Below, in pieces: positions 55,792 through 64,000 of a DNA stretch of 64,000 nt. The DNA lies in NCBI GenBank assembly GCA_964642015.1, contig CAZXLF010000001.1:43946-107945 (forward strand), given 5' to 3'. Source of the DNA: an uncultured Planctomycetia bacterium. Lineage in GTDB: Bacteria; Omnitrophota; Gorgyraeia; 2-02-FULL-51-18. The notes under the pieces are model-generated. The model made no database searches. It was not told where the DNA came from and saw only the letters and a list, made by a program, of their open reading frames with translations. The stretch's first letter is position 1, and each line of letters begins with the position of its first letter. The position numbers were made by a program, and so were the translations under genes.

Positions 55792-56895
55792 ATGCTCGCG
55801 ATCATCATTATCAAAACAATACTCGCCGCTGTTTTTTTGGGCATGATCCTTAATTTGGCAGGCCTCTTGACTTGGGTCGAGCGCAAGCAAAGTGCTGTGA
55901 TGCAGGACCGCATCGGTGCCAACCGTGCGTGGATCGAATTCAAGCCCAAATGGCTTGTTCCGCTTAATTGGCTTTTGAGGCCGCTGAATGTGCTGGGCCT
56001 TTTTCATTCTTTAGCCGACGCGGTGAAAATGTTCTTAAAAGAGGATTTCATTCCCGATGGCGCGGATAAATTTTTACATACTCTGGCGCCGGCGATCTCG
56101 GTGATCTTCGCGCTAATGGCTTTTGCGTCGATCCCGTTTGGCGACACTCTTCACATTGCCGGCCGTTCGATCGAATTGCAGGTAGCCAATGTGAATGCGG
56201 GTATGTTGTTCGTCTTTGCGATGATGTCGCTTGGGGTTTACGGCGTGATCCTGGGCGGTTTTTCTTCAAATAACAAATACGCTTATCTGGGCGGGATGCG
56301 CGCCGCGTCACAGATGCTTTCCTATGAAATTACGATGGGTATTTCGATCATGGGTATCGTGCTTTGTTATGGGACATTGAATCTACAGGAGATCGTACGG
56401 CATCAATCGCATCTTTGGGGTTTCGTGGTGCAGCCTTTCGCGTTCCTGCTTTTTATGACCGCGGCTTTGGCGGAGACCAAACGCGTGCCGTTCGATCTGC
56501 CGGAAGGCGAATCGGAAATCATCGGTTACTTTGTGGAGTATAGCGGCATGAAGTTCGGCATGTTCTTTCTCACAGACCTCGTAGAGACGGTTTTGGTCGC
56601 TTGCCTTATGACGACATTTTTCTTTGGTGGTTGGCAAGTACCTTTTCTTTCGCCGGACGGATTTCATTTTCCCTGGGGCTTTTCCGCGCTTCCTCACGGA
56701 GTCGTGATCGCTTTGGGAGTGATCTCGTTCATGGTGAAGGTCGCGTTCTTTAATTGGCTTTTTATGGCGATCCGTTGGACGTTGCCGCGTTTCCGTTACG
56801 ACCAGCTAATGCATTTAGGCTGGAAAATATTATTTCCGGCATCGCTTTTGAATGTGCTTGTGACAAGCGTCATTGTTGTAATGAGGGTGCACTGA
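55792..56895 (+). CDS. nuoH: NADH-quinone oxidoreductase subunit H (second paralog)
   Basis: FFLTDLVETVLV ... GGWQVPFL. Polytopic membrane protein. Confidence 0.85.
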   Translation: MLAIIIIKTILAAVFLGMILNLAGLLTWVERKQSAVMQDRIGANRAWIEFKPKWLVPLNWLLRPLNVLGLFHSLADAVKMFLKEDFIPDGADKFLHTLAPAISVIFALMAFASIPFGDTLHIAGRSIELQVANVNAGMLFVFAMMSLGVYGVILGGFSSNNKYAYLGGMRAASQMLSYEITMGISIMGIVLCYGTLNLQEIVRHQSHLWGFVVQPFAFLLFMTAALAETKRVPFDLPEGESEIIGYFVEYSGMKFGMFFLTDLVETVLVACLMTTFFFGGWQVPFLSPDGFHFPWGFSALPHGVVIALGVISFMVKVAFFNWLFMAIRWTLPRFRYDQLMHLGWKILFPASLLNVLVTSVIVVMRVH

Positions 56896-57428
56896 TGGCG
56901 ACCAAGGTCTTAAAACGGCAGGAGCTCAGTTTTTGGGACAGGACCTATGTCCCATCGGTATTCTTGGGCCTTTGGATTACATCCAGACATTTTTTCAGGA
57001 ATCTTTTGATCCACACGCTTCACAGCATAGGTCTATTCAAAAACGTAAGAGCTTCCGTGACATTCCAATATCCGGAAGAGCAGCGGCCGCTCGCAAAACG
57101 CGCACGCACGCGCCATCGTTTGACGCAGCGTGAAGACGGCACACCGCGCTGTGTGGCTTGCATGATGTGCGAGACGGTGTGTCCGGCACGTTGTATCAAT
57201 ATTGTTGCAAAAGAACATCCGGATCCGAACATCGAAAAAATGCCGGCTTCGTTCGATCTGGATCTCGGTATGTGCGTTTACTGCGGTTTTTGCGTGGAAG
57301 TCTGTCCGGAAGACGCGATCCGCATGGATACGCATATTTTGGATACAGCCGCTTACAGCCGTTCGGAAATGAAGCTCGATATGCAGGAGCTTCTGAATCC
57401 TCGTTCTTCGCTTCTTTACAAGAAATAG
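56895..57428 (+). CDS. nuoI: NADH-quinone oxidoreductase subunit I (second paralog)
   Basis: CVACMMCETVCP and CVYCGFCVEVCP. The ATG at 56895 (tgATG overlap with the nuoH stop) is preferred over the ORF-track start at 56754, which overlaps nuoH. Confidence 0.85.
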   Translation: MATKVLKRQELSFWDRTYVPSVFLGLWITSRHFFRNLLIHTLHSIGLFKNVRASVTFQYPEEQRPLAKRARTRHRLTQREDGTPRCVACMMCETVCPARCINIVAKEHPDPNIEKMPASFDLDLGMCVYCGFCVEVCPEDAIRMDTHILDTAAYSRSEMKLDMQELLNPRSSLLYKK

Positions 57429-57508
57429 CCCGCCAGCATTAATAACTTCTTCTGAATTCAAAAGATTTGTTATAATGAGCACGATAATTTCAAGTAAGGC
57501 AGCCATCG

Positions 57509-57856
57509 ATGCATATAGCCATTAGCACTAACTCTAATTGCCAGGGCAGTGAAGAGTTTATTTTTAAAGAACTGGAAAAGCCGCGAAAGATAAAAGGGAT
57601 CCGCGTTTCAGAAGACGGAAAGGACGTTGATTGCGATGTGGTCGGCGTCAATGCCAAAGGCGGTTTTGTGGACGCATTTGCGGTAAAGATCGCGGATTCG
57701 GGAGCAGGCTTTGCCTATGTCATTTACGGCGGTGGCTGGGGAGTAAGGATCAGACCTTCATTTTTTTCTGACAGTCCGTGGAATTTAGCCGATGCGCGGC
57801 AATGGGGCGAACCTTTTAAAATATATGGCAGCGAAGAGGACATTATCTATGACTAA
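57509..57856 (+). CDS. Hypothetical protein (115 aa)
   Basis: Intact ORF following the nuo operon. No recognisable motif. Confidence 0.4.
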   Translation: MHIAISTNSNCQGSEEFIFKELEKPRKIKGIRVSEDGKDVDCDVVGVNAKGGFVDAFAVKIADSGAGFAYVIYGGGWGVRIRPSFFSDSPWNLADARQWGEPFKIYGSEEDIIYD

Positions 57857-57872
57857 AGATAAGGGGGTGTTC

Positions 57873-58301
57873 ATGGCGGGGAGGATCATCTTTTTGGCGA
57901 TGGCGGGTCTTTGGCTTTTGCCGGTCACAGCACGCGCGGAGACGATCGTTGCGCATGAGACTGAGAAATATTTTTACAGTGACGGGAAGATGGACAAATT
58001 CGAAGGTCAATATGAAAATACCTATTATTTGGACCTTGAAAAAGGCACTTTGACCCGAACACGCGTTTACGATTATCAAACAAGAAAGATCAGGCCTGAT
58101 GAGACAGTTTATCCGCTAGAGACTTCTCTGCGTTCTCATCCGACGCATGCGATCCGTTATGGTCTTCCTCAAGTCATCCGGGCGGTCGGAAGACCGGATA
58201 AGGATTCCGTCGAGATAGTTACAATTGATGATGATTATGTAACGACCAGCACTTCGACATCAAAGAATTTTGTGATTTCCCGCGCCAAACGCCTCAAGTA
58301 G
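57873..58301 (+). CDS. Hypothetical secreted protein (signal peptide MAGRIIFLAMAGLWLLPVTARA|E)
   Basis: SD AAGGGGG lies 6 nt upstream of the ATG at 57873. The ORF-track start at 57792 overlaps the previous gene. Confidence 0.55.
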   Translation: MAGRIIFLAMAGLWLLPVTARAETIVAHETEKYFYSDGKMDKFEGQYENTYYLDLEKGTLTRTRVYDYQTRKIRPDETVYPLETSLRSHPTHAIRYGLPQVIRAVGRPDKDSVEIVTIDDDYVTTSTSTSKNFVISRAKRLK

Positions 58302-58304
58302 TCC

Positions 58305-58589
58305 ATGGAAGTTTCATCACCTCGATTTCTCAAATATATTTTTGTCTGTGAAAATGAAAGACCTGAAGGTGATTGCTGCGCGCTGAAAGGCGTCCAGCTG
58401 AGAGAAGCTTTGAAAAAAACGGTCAAGGAAAGAGGCCTTGCGGGTAAAATCCGTGTCAGCCGCTCCGGCTGTATGGATGTCTGTAGTGAAGGTCCGAATG
58501 TTCTTCTGATGCCGGACAATATCTGGTTCAAGCATGTGGAAGAGAAAAACATAGAAGAGATAATAAAAAAAGCTACGGTAGGTCTATAA
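58305..58589 (+). CDS. Thioredoxin-like [2Fe-2S] ferredoxin
   Basis: VCENERPEGDCC ... RSGCMDVCSEGPNVL Cys pattern of the Trx-like ferredoxin family. Confidence 0.65.
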   Translation: MEVSSPRFLKYIFVCENERPEGDCCALKGVQLREALKKTVKERGLAGKIRVSRSGCMDVCSEGPNVLLMPDNIWFKHVEEKNIEEIIKKATVGL

Positions 58590-58590
58590 A

Positions 58591-59046
58591 ATGTTTTGGT
58601 TGATGAAAAGCGAGCCCGGTGTTTATTCTATTGATGATCTTTCTCGTGACAAAAAGACTTATTGGGATGGCGTGCGGAATTTCCAAGCACGTAATTTCAT
58701 GCGGGACAAGATGAAGATCGGAGATCTCGTTCTTTTTTACCATTCGAACGCGGAACCTTCAGGGGTGGCGGGTATTGCTAAAGTATGTAAAGCGGGCTAC
58801 CCTGATTTTACCGCTTGGGATAAGAAAGATGTTCATTTTGATCCCAAGTCGATTGAGGCCAAACCGCAATGGTACATGGTCGACGTTCAATTCGAGGAAA
58901 AGTTCAAACATTTTGTCTCGCTCGAAGAGCTAAAATCAAACCTAGCTCTAAAAGGGATGATGGTGACTCAGAGGGGATCGCGTCTGTCTGTCCAGCCTGT
59001 GGACAAAAAACATTTCGAGATCGTCAGGAACATGGGAAAAAAATAA
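58591..59046 (+). CDS. EVE (PUA-like) domain protein
   Basis: WLMKSEPGVYSIDDL ... WDGVRNFQARNFMR ... GDLVLFYHS. Confidence 0.75.
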   Translation: MFWLMKSEPGVYSIDDLSRDKKTYWDGVRNFQARNFMRDKMKIGDLVLFYHSNAEPSGVAGIAKVCKAGYPDFTAWDKKDVHFDPKSIEAKPQWYMVDVQFEEKFKHFVSLEELKSNLALKGMMVTQRGSRLSVQPVDKKHFEIVRNMGKK

Positions 59047-59346
59047 ATGTGGATCAAGGCCGGAAAGTTTTCTGATATTGAAGAGGGAAAATCGCAGATC
59101 GTCAACGCTGAAAATAAGGAGATCGCGATTTTTAAGATAGAAGGCAAGGTCTACGCGATAGAAAATACTTGCCCGCACCGAGGCGGCCCTTTGGCCGAGG
59201 GTTATGTCGAGGGGACGGAAGTGACCTGCCCTTGGCATGCTTGGGCATTTGACTTAAAGACCGGAGCTTGTCAATCGGCGCCTGAATTTAAGCAACCGGT
59301 TTTTAAGATCAAGATCGAAAATAACGAGATTTTAATCGAGGTTTGA
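59047..59346 (+). CDS. Rieske [2Fe-2S] protein, NirD-like small subunit
   Basis: CPHRGGPL ... CPWHAWAF. Confidence 0.75.
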   Translation: MWIKAGKFSDIEEGKSQIVNAENKEIAIFKIEGKVYAIENTCPHRGGPLAEGYVEGTEVTCPWHAWAFDLKTGACQSAPEFKQPVFKIKIENNEILIEV

Positions 59347-59347
59347 A

Positions 59348-59983
59348 ATGAAGCACATCATCAACGAATCCATCGAAGATTATGCTTTAAAACATTCAGC
59401 CCCAGAATCTCAGATATTTCGCAGACTCTCGCAAGAAACCCATCAGAAAACGACGCTTCCTCAAATGATGGTCGGGCCGGTCGAGGGAGGTTTTTTGAAA
59501 TTACTTGTGAATTTGATCAAAGCGCGCCGCGTCCTTGAAATAGGAACATTCACAGGTTACAGCGCGCTTTGCATGGCCGAGGCGCTGCCGAAAGACGGAA
59601 CACTTTTTACGCTCGATATCAATCCGAAAACAGCGGAGATCGCCAAACGCGCTTGGGCGAAAAGCGCTCACGGAAGAAAGATCCGCTCTATCATCGGCAA
59701 TGCCAAAGAGTCTTTGAAGAAGATCAAAGGGCCTTTGGATCTAGTATTCATTGACGCTGATAAAACGAATTACATCCGTTATTGGGAAGCCTGCGTACCG
59801 AAGGTCAAGCGCGGAGGACTTTTAGTTGCTGATAACGTGTTGTGGAGCGGTCGGGTTTTACATCCGAAAGACAAGGATGATCATGCGATCGTGAGATTTA
59901 ATCAGCATGTTTCGAAAGACAAACGCGTCGAAGCGGTGATGCTGACAGTCCGCGACGGAATGACTTTGGCGGTCAAGAAATGA
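59348..59983 (+). CDS. Class I SAM-dependent O-methyltransferase (family 3, caffeoyl-CoA OMT-like)
   Basis: VLEIGTFTGYSALCMAEAL ... LVFIDADKTNY ... GGLLVADNVLW. Confidence 0.8.
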   Translation: MKHIINESIEDYALKHSAPESQIFRRLSQETHQKTTLPQMMVGPVEGGFLKLLVNLIKARRVLEIGTFTGYSALCMAEALPKDGTLFTLDINPKTAEIAKRAWAKSAHGRKIRSIIGNAKESLKKIKGPLDLVFIDADKTNYIRYWEACVPKVKRGGLLVADNVLWSGRVLHPKDKDDHAIVRFNQHVSKDKRVEAVMLTVRDGMTLAVKK

Positions 59984-59986
59984 CCG

Positions 59987-60961
59987 TTAAATATGAGGAT
60001 CTTTTTTTAAGAGGTGATTCTGGACGTAATCGCGCACGCCTTCATCCAGATCCTTGAATTTCGAGGGGCATCCGGTCTGCTTTAGTTTATTCAGATCCGC
60101 TTCGGTGAAATACTGATACTGGTTCTTGATCGAGTCAGGCATTTCAATATATTCGATGTTCTTCGGCTTTCCCATTGCTTTGAATAGCGCGTCCGCCAAT
60201 TCATTCCAGCTCTGTGCGACGCCGCGCCCAAGATTATAGATCCCTTGGATCTTGGGGTGCTGATAGAACCATATCATCGCGTCCACGACATCTTTGACGT
60301 AGATAAAATCCCTTTCTTGCCCGCCATCAGGGTATTCTTTTTTGTATGACTTGAAAAGCCGTAGTTTGCCGGTATCGCGTACCTGTTCAAAACCTTTCTG
60401 AACCATGCTGCGCATCGCACCTTTGTGGTATTCGTTCGGCCCGTAGACGTTGAAAAAGCGGAAGCCGGTGATTTGCTTTTCCAACTTATTTTTCAAGACC
60501 CAAATATCGAAATCAAGTTTTGATTGACCGTACGGGTTTAAGGGTTTGAGTTTCGGGGTCAGCGCGTCATCGTCTGAAAAGCCGGATTCGCCGTCACCGT
60601 ACGTTGCGGCACTTGAGGCATAGCAGAGATAAACTTTGTTTTCGACAGCCCAACGCGTGATCCTTTCGGAATATCCGGAATTGTTTTCTCTGAGATAATT
60701 TTTATCCATCTCTGTGGTATCGGAGCAGGCGCCCATATGGAAGATCGCGGAGATCTTTCCGTTGAATTCCTTTTTTTCAAGCTTCTCAATGAACTCACCG
60801 GATTCCAGATAGATGTCAAACGTGCATTTTTTGATATTATCCCATTTTGCGGATTTCCGGGCATCCTGATCGACGATAAAAAGGTTTTTATGGCCCAGTT
60901 GATTGAATTTCCAGGCCAATACACTGCCGATAAATCCGGCTCCGCCGGTAATAACGATCAT
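59987..60961 (-). CDS. hldD: ADP-L-glycero-D-manno-heptose 6-epimerase
   Basis: MIVITGGAGFIGS ... MGACSDTTE ... NVYGPNEYHKG match HldD/RfaD throughout. Convergent with the OMT gene, with a 3-nt gap. Confidence 0.85.
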   Translation of the reverse strand: MIVITGGAGFIGSVLAWKFNQLGHKNLFIVDQDARKSAKWDNIKKCTFDIYLESGEFIEKLEKKEFNGKISAIFHMGACSDTTEMDKNYLRENNSGYSERITRWAVENKVYLCYASSAATYGDGESGFSDDDALTPKLKPLNPYGQSKLDFDIWVLKNKLEKQITGFRFFNVYGPNEYHKGAMRSMVQKGFEQVRDTGKLRLFKSYKKEYPDGGQERDFIYVKDVVDAMIWFYQHPKIQGIYNLGRGVAQSWNELADALFKAMGKPKNIEYIEMPDSIKNQYQYFTEADLNKLKQTGCPSKFKDLDEGVRDYVQNHLLKKDPHI

Positions 60962-61039
60962 GATTTATTCCTTCGCTGTTCTGTGTGATAATAGGAAAAC
61001 ACATTTTAACATAATCGGTTATAGGAAAGAATATTTGTC

Positions 61040-61885
61040 TTGAAAACGCTTATCGTTGGTTGCGGATATCTCGGTTCAATGCTTGGTGAACGGCTTATTT
61101 CGTCGGGCCATGAAGTTTGGGGTCTGCGACGAAGCTCACCGGCCTTGAATGAACTCGAGAAAAAAAATATCAAACCCGTCAAGGCCGACCTGTCAACACC
61201 GGAAACTTTGAAATATCTTCCTTTGGTTGATCAGGTGGTTTTATGCCAGGCGCCTTCGGGGAAAGGGGATGATTATCGGACGACTTATTGTGAAGGGACT
61301 CAAAATATTTTAAACGCGTTATCTGAAAACATGCCCGACAAATTGATATTTATCTCCAGCACCAGTGTTTATTCCGCGAAGGACGGGCGGTGGGTAGATG
61401 AGAAGACTGACCCAAGGGCCGGCGGGATCGCCGCCGAAGAGGCTAATCTTTTATTAAAAGCGGAAGAGCTTGCTCTTGAGTCCGCTCCGTCGATCGTATT
61501 CCGTCTGGGAGGAATATACGGACCCGGGAGAAATCGCTTGGAGGCCTTGAAAACAGGCCGGTTAAAACCTTCGTTTTCGGACGCTTTTGTGAACCGCATC
61601 CATGCGGAGGATGCGGCGGCAGGGATCGAGCTTCTTTTAAAAAAGGGCAGAATAGGAGAAATTTATCTAGGCGTGGACGATGATCCTTGCACGCAAAAAG
61701 AATTTTATGAGTGGATCTGCGAAAAACTTCCAATACCGAAAATAGAAGACGGGCCTGTAAAAAATATTGAACGAATTTCGAATAAACGCTGTTCAAACAG
61801 AAAGATCAAAGAATTGGGACTGAAATTAAAATACCCCACCTTCAGGGAAGGGTATGAGTCATTAATGGAAGAGGTCAGGAGTTGA
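61040..61885 (+). CDS. NAD(P)-binding SDR-family epimerase/dehydratase-like protein
   Basis: TTG start at 61040. Rossmann motif LIVGCGYLGS. Confidence 0.6.
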   Translation: MKTLIVGCGYLGSMLGERLISSGHEVWGLRRSSPALNELEKKNIKPVKADLSTPETLKYLPLVDQVVLCQAPSGKGDDYRTTYCEGTQNILNALSENMPDKLIFISSTSVYSAKDGRWVDEKTDPRAGGIAAEEANLLLKAEELALESAPSIVFRLGGIYGPGRNRLEALKTGRLKPSFSDAFVNRIHAEDAAAGIELLLKKGRIGEIYLGVDDDPCTQKEFYEWICEKLPIPKIEDGPVKNIERISNKRCSNRKIKELGLKLKYPTFREGYESLMEEVRS

Positions 61886-62304
61886 TGGATATTTCAATTT
61901 TACCCACAGTCAATGCGTCGCTGAATGCCGTTACGGCAGTTTTTTTAGTTACCGGATATATTCTTATCCGAAAGAAGCTGATCACAGCGCACAAGACCAT
62001 GATGCTTTCCTCGTGCGCCACTTCGGCGCTTTTTTTGACTTCCTACCTTTATTATCATGCGCATCATGGGCTGACCCGTTTTCAGGGAAAAGGTATTCTG
62101 CGCACCGCTTATTTTGCGATCCTGATTTCGCACACGATTTTAGCCGTTGTTATTGTGCCGCTTGTTATCATCACATTAACCTTGGCTTTTAAGGGTGCTT
62201 TTTTGAAGCATAAAGCCATCGCTAATATCACGTTTCCTTTATGGTTATATGTGTCAATTACGGGAGTTGTGGTCTATATAATGTTGTATAAGTTAATGAT
62301 ATAA
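61882..62304 (+). CDS. DUF420 family membrane protein
   Basis: Four TM helices. LPTVNASLNAVTAVFLVTGYILI is typical of DUF420. Confidence 0.65.
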   Translation: MMDISILPTVNASLNAVTAVFLVTGYILIRKKLITAHKTMMLSSCATSALFLTSYLYYHAHHGLTRFQGKGILRTAYFAILISHTILAVVIVPLVIITLTLAFKGAFLKHKAIANITFPLWLYVSITGVVVYIMLYKLMI

Positions 62305-62330
62305 AATAGGTTACATTAATATATTAACCG

Positions 62331-62359
62331 TAGACAAATTATAGGCGTTGAGGTATACT
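62331..62359 (+). promoter_or_regulatory. Candidate promoter TAGACA -17- TATACT upstream of the iscA-rrf2-sufB genes
   Basis: TAGACA at 62331-62336 and TATACT at 62354-62359. Confidence 0.35.
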
Positions 62360-62407
62360 TTATGTGTGTCTAAATATGCTCTTTTTAGGCCATTTTTTTT
62401 GAGTTTC

Positions 62408-62432
62408 AATTCGGATGTTTTTAGTCCGAATT
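62408..62432. promoter_or_regulatory. 8-bp perfect inverted repeat AATTCGGA-N9-TCCGAATT between the promoter and RBS; candidate Rrf2 operator (or terminator hairpin for the DUF420 gene)
   Basis: Read from the sequence. It is followed by T-rich cttatttg and lies 20 nt upstream of the ATG at 62452. Confidence 0.4.
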
Positions 62433-62451
62433 CTTATTTGCGAGGTGAACT

Positions 62452-62775
62452 ATGATACAGCTGACAGATATTGCGAAAGAGGAAGTTAAAAAGCTGCTCG
62501 AACGCGAGAATAAGCCCGAGGCCTTTTTAAGGGTAGGCGTCAAAGGCGGCGGTTGTTCGGGGCTAAGTTATGATGTCAAATTAGACGACAAGATGAATGA
62601 ATACGACAGAGTTTACGACATCAATGGTGTCAAAGTAGTCTGCGATTCTAAGAGTTTCATTTATCTGGACGGTATGGCGATCGATTATTCGAGAGAGCTT
62701 GTGGGCGGGGGATTTAGATTTATCAATCCAAACGCGACCGGTACCTGCGGTTGCGGTACTTCATTTTCGGCTTAG
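62452..62775 (+). CDS. Fe-S cluster A-type carrier (HesB/IscA/SufA/ErpA family)
   Basis: GGGCSGLSY ... GTCGCGTSF, the three conserved Cys residues. Confidence 0.85.
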   Translation: MIQLTDIAKEEVKKLLERENKPEAFLRVGVKGGGCSGLSYDVKLDDKMNEYDRVYDINGVKVVCDSKSFIYLDGMAIDYSRELVGGGFRFINPNATGTCGCGTSFSA

Positions 62776-62784
62776 GAGGCGTCT

Positions 62785-63231
62785 ATGCGCTACACCACTA
62801 AAACGGAATACGGTTTGATCTGCATGGTCTATATGGCCAAACATCAGGAAAAAGAATGGACCTCGATCAAAGAGATCGCGAAGGAAGAGAATTATTCCGT
62901 TGCTTACATTGAAAAGATCCTGCAGGCGCTCCGCCAAGCGAATCTCGTCACATCTCAAGCGGGCAATCACGGCGGATACGCATTGGCTCGCCGTCCTTCA
63001 GAGATCACTCTGAGGCAGATCATTGACGCGCTCGAAGGCAGCACATTTGATGCATTTTGTGAGCCGCAAGTGCGCGAGGAGATCGTCTGCAATCACATCT
63101 GTATGTGCGGTGCCAAGCCGATCTGGAGAAAGACCAAGGAAGTGCTTGATCATTTTTACGATTCTATCAATTTGGAAATGCTCGCGAAACCGCAAGCCGA
63201 AGTTCAGGGAATAATGGCCGCGCGCGGTTAA
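62785..63231 (+). CDS. Rrf2-family transcriptional regulator (IscR-like)
   Basis: N-terminal wHTH MRYTTKTEYGLICMVYMA and Cys cluster CEPQVREEIVCNHICMC. Confidence 0.8.
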   Translation: MRYTTKTEYGLICMVYMAKHQEKEWTSIKEIAKEENYSVAYIEKILQALRQANLVTSQAGNHGGYALARRPSEITLRQIIDALEGSTFDAFCEPQVREEIVCNHICMCGAKPIWRKTKEVLDHFYDSINLEMLAKPQAEVQGIMAARG

Positions 63232-63240
63232 AGGGGAATT

Positions 63241-64000
63241 ATGGGCAATAAGACAGCGCAAGACTTCGCGAATCAGGAATACAAATACGGTTTTAAGACC
63301 GATATAGAATCGGAGACTATTCCCAAGGGCTTGACAGAGGACACGATTCGACTGATTTCGAGCCGAAAGAATGAACCGGAATTTATGCTTGAGTTTCGTC
63401 TTAAAGCTTTCAGGTATTGGCAAAAAATGACGGAGCCGAAATGGGCGAATGTTCACTATCCGCCTATTGATTACCAGGATATCATTTACTATTCCGCACC
63501 CAAGAAATCAGCTGAAAAACTTAAAAGCATGGACGAAGTGGACCCGGAGCTTAAGAAAACTTTCGAAAAGCTCGGCATTCCTCTGATGGAGCAGAAAAAA
63601 CTGGCTGGCGTAGCAGTCGACGCGATCTTTGACAGCGTCTCTGTTGCCACAAGCTATAAGCAGAAGCTTCTCGAAGTCGGCGTCGTGTTCTGCTCGTTCT
63701 CTGAAGCGGTTGAAAAATATCCCGATCTTGTCAAAAAATACATGGGTTCCGTGGTGCCGTATACCGATAATTATTTTGCGGCGCTTAATTCCGCGGTATT
63801 CTCGGACGGCTCTTTCGTTTATATTCCGAAAGGCACAAAGTGCCCGATGGAGCTGTCGAGTTATTTCAGGATCAACACAGAGGGTTCAGGGCAGTTCGAG
63901 CGTACACTTATCATCTGCGAAGAGAAAAGTTATGTGAGTTATCTGGAAGGCTGCACGGCTCCGAAGTTTGATTCGAACCAACTTCATGCGGCGGTCGTCG
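63241..64000 (+). CDS. sufB: Fe-S cluster assembly protein SufB (5' part; continues beyond window end)
   Basis: ATG at 63241. Translation ...[12 protein letters not shown]...[15 protein letters not shown]...[18 protein letters not shown] is SufB-like. No stop within the window. Confidence 0.8.
   Translation, partial: MGNKTAQDFANQEYKYGFKTDIESETIPKGLTEDTIRLISSRKNEPEFMLEFRLKAFRYWQKMTEPKWANVHYPPIDYQDIIYYSAPKKSAEKLKSMDEVDPELKKTFEKLGIPLMEQKKLAGVAVDAIFDSVSVATSYKQKLLEVGVVFCSFSEAVEKYPDLVKKYMGSVVPYTDNYFAALNSAVFSDGSFVYIPKGTKCPMELSSYFRINTEGSGQFERTLIICEEKSYVSYLEGCTAPKFDSNQLHAAVV

Noticed and set aside
56754-56894. ORF-track 5' extension of nuoI (start at 56754), and similar long 5' extensions for nuoCD (4900), minus-strand nuoI (2157), the secreted hypothetical (57792) and nuoB (48816)
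   Set aside because: The extensions overlap the upstream gene in another frame. Internal ATGs adjacent to the upstream stop codon give canonical N-termini.
1-64000. CRISPR arrays, transposases/IS elements, integrases and rRNA genes
   Set aside because: No direct-repeat/spacer periodicity and no DDE or tyrosine-recombinase-like ORFs. No rRNA-like conserved stretches were seen.

Overview
Nearly two-thirds of this 64 kb window is one uninterrupted 42,144-nt ORF (6240..48383, + strand) encoding a 14,047-aa protein. It has an N-terminal Sec-type signal peptide, and 35 copies of a five-residue motif G-A-R-L-[A/S] (variants GTRLA and GARLV once each) split it into 36 modules of 123-1088 aa. The motif is conserved only at the peptide level; the Arg and Leu codons vary freely between copies. 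The modules carry different recognisable enzymatic or signalling folds (detailed under features and findings), and several folds occur two to four times, indicating internal module duplication. I interpret this as a giant modular polyprotein whose GARL|A junctions are candidate processing sites (Leu at P1, small residue at P1', as in MARTX toxin CPD cleavage). This is inference only; no protease domain could be assigned by eye. Two divergent, paralogous partial NADH:quinone oxidoreductase (complex I) operons flank the giant gene. Upstream on the minus strand is a set lacking NuoEFG: nuoA, B, fused C/D, H, I, J, K and the start of L. Downstream on the plus strand is a set with the NADH module but no J-N: nuoA, B, C, an inserted TPR gene, D, E, F, G, H, I. 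The second operon has sigma70-like promoters. A family of hairpin-forming inverted repeats built from tandem 7-8 bp units sits at several nuo gene junctions in both operons. The 3' end of the window carries small redox and housekeeping genes: a Trx-like [2Fe-2S] ferredoxin, an EVE protein, a NirD-like Rieske protein, an O-methyltransferase, hldD, an SDR, a DUF420 protein, an IscA/SufA-like carrier, an Rrf2 regulator and the start of sufB. A candidate Rrf2 operator lies in front of the suf genes. No rRNA, tRNA, CRISPR array or transposase was found.
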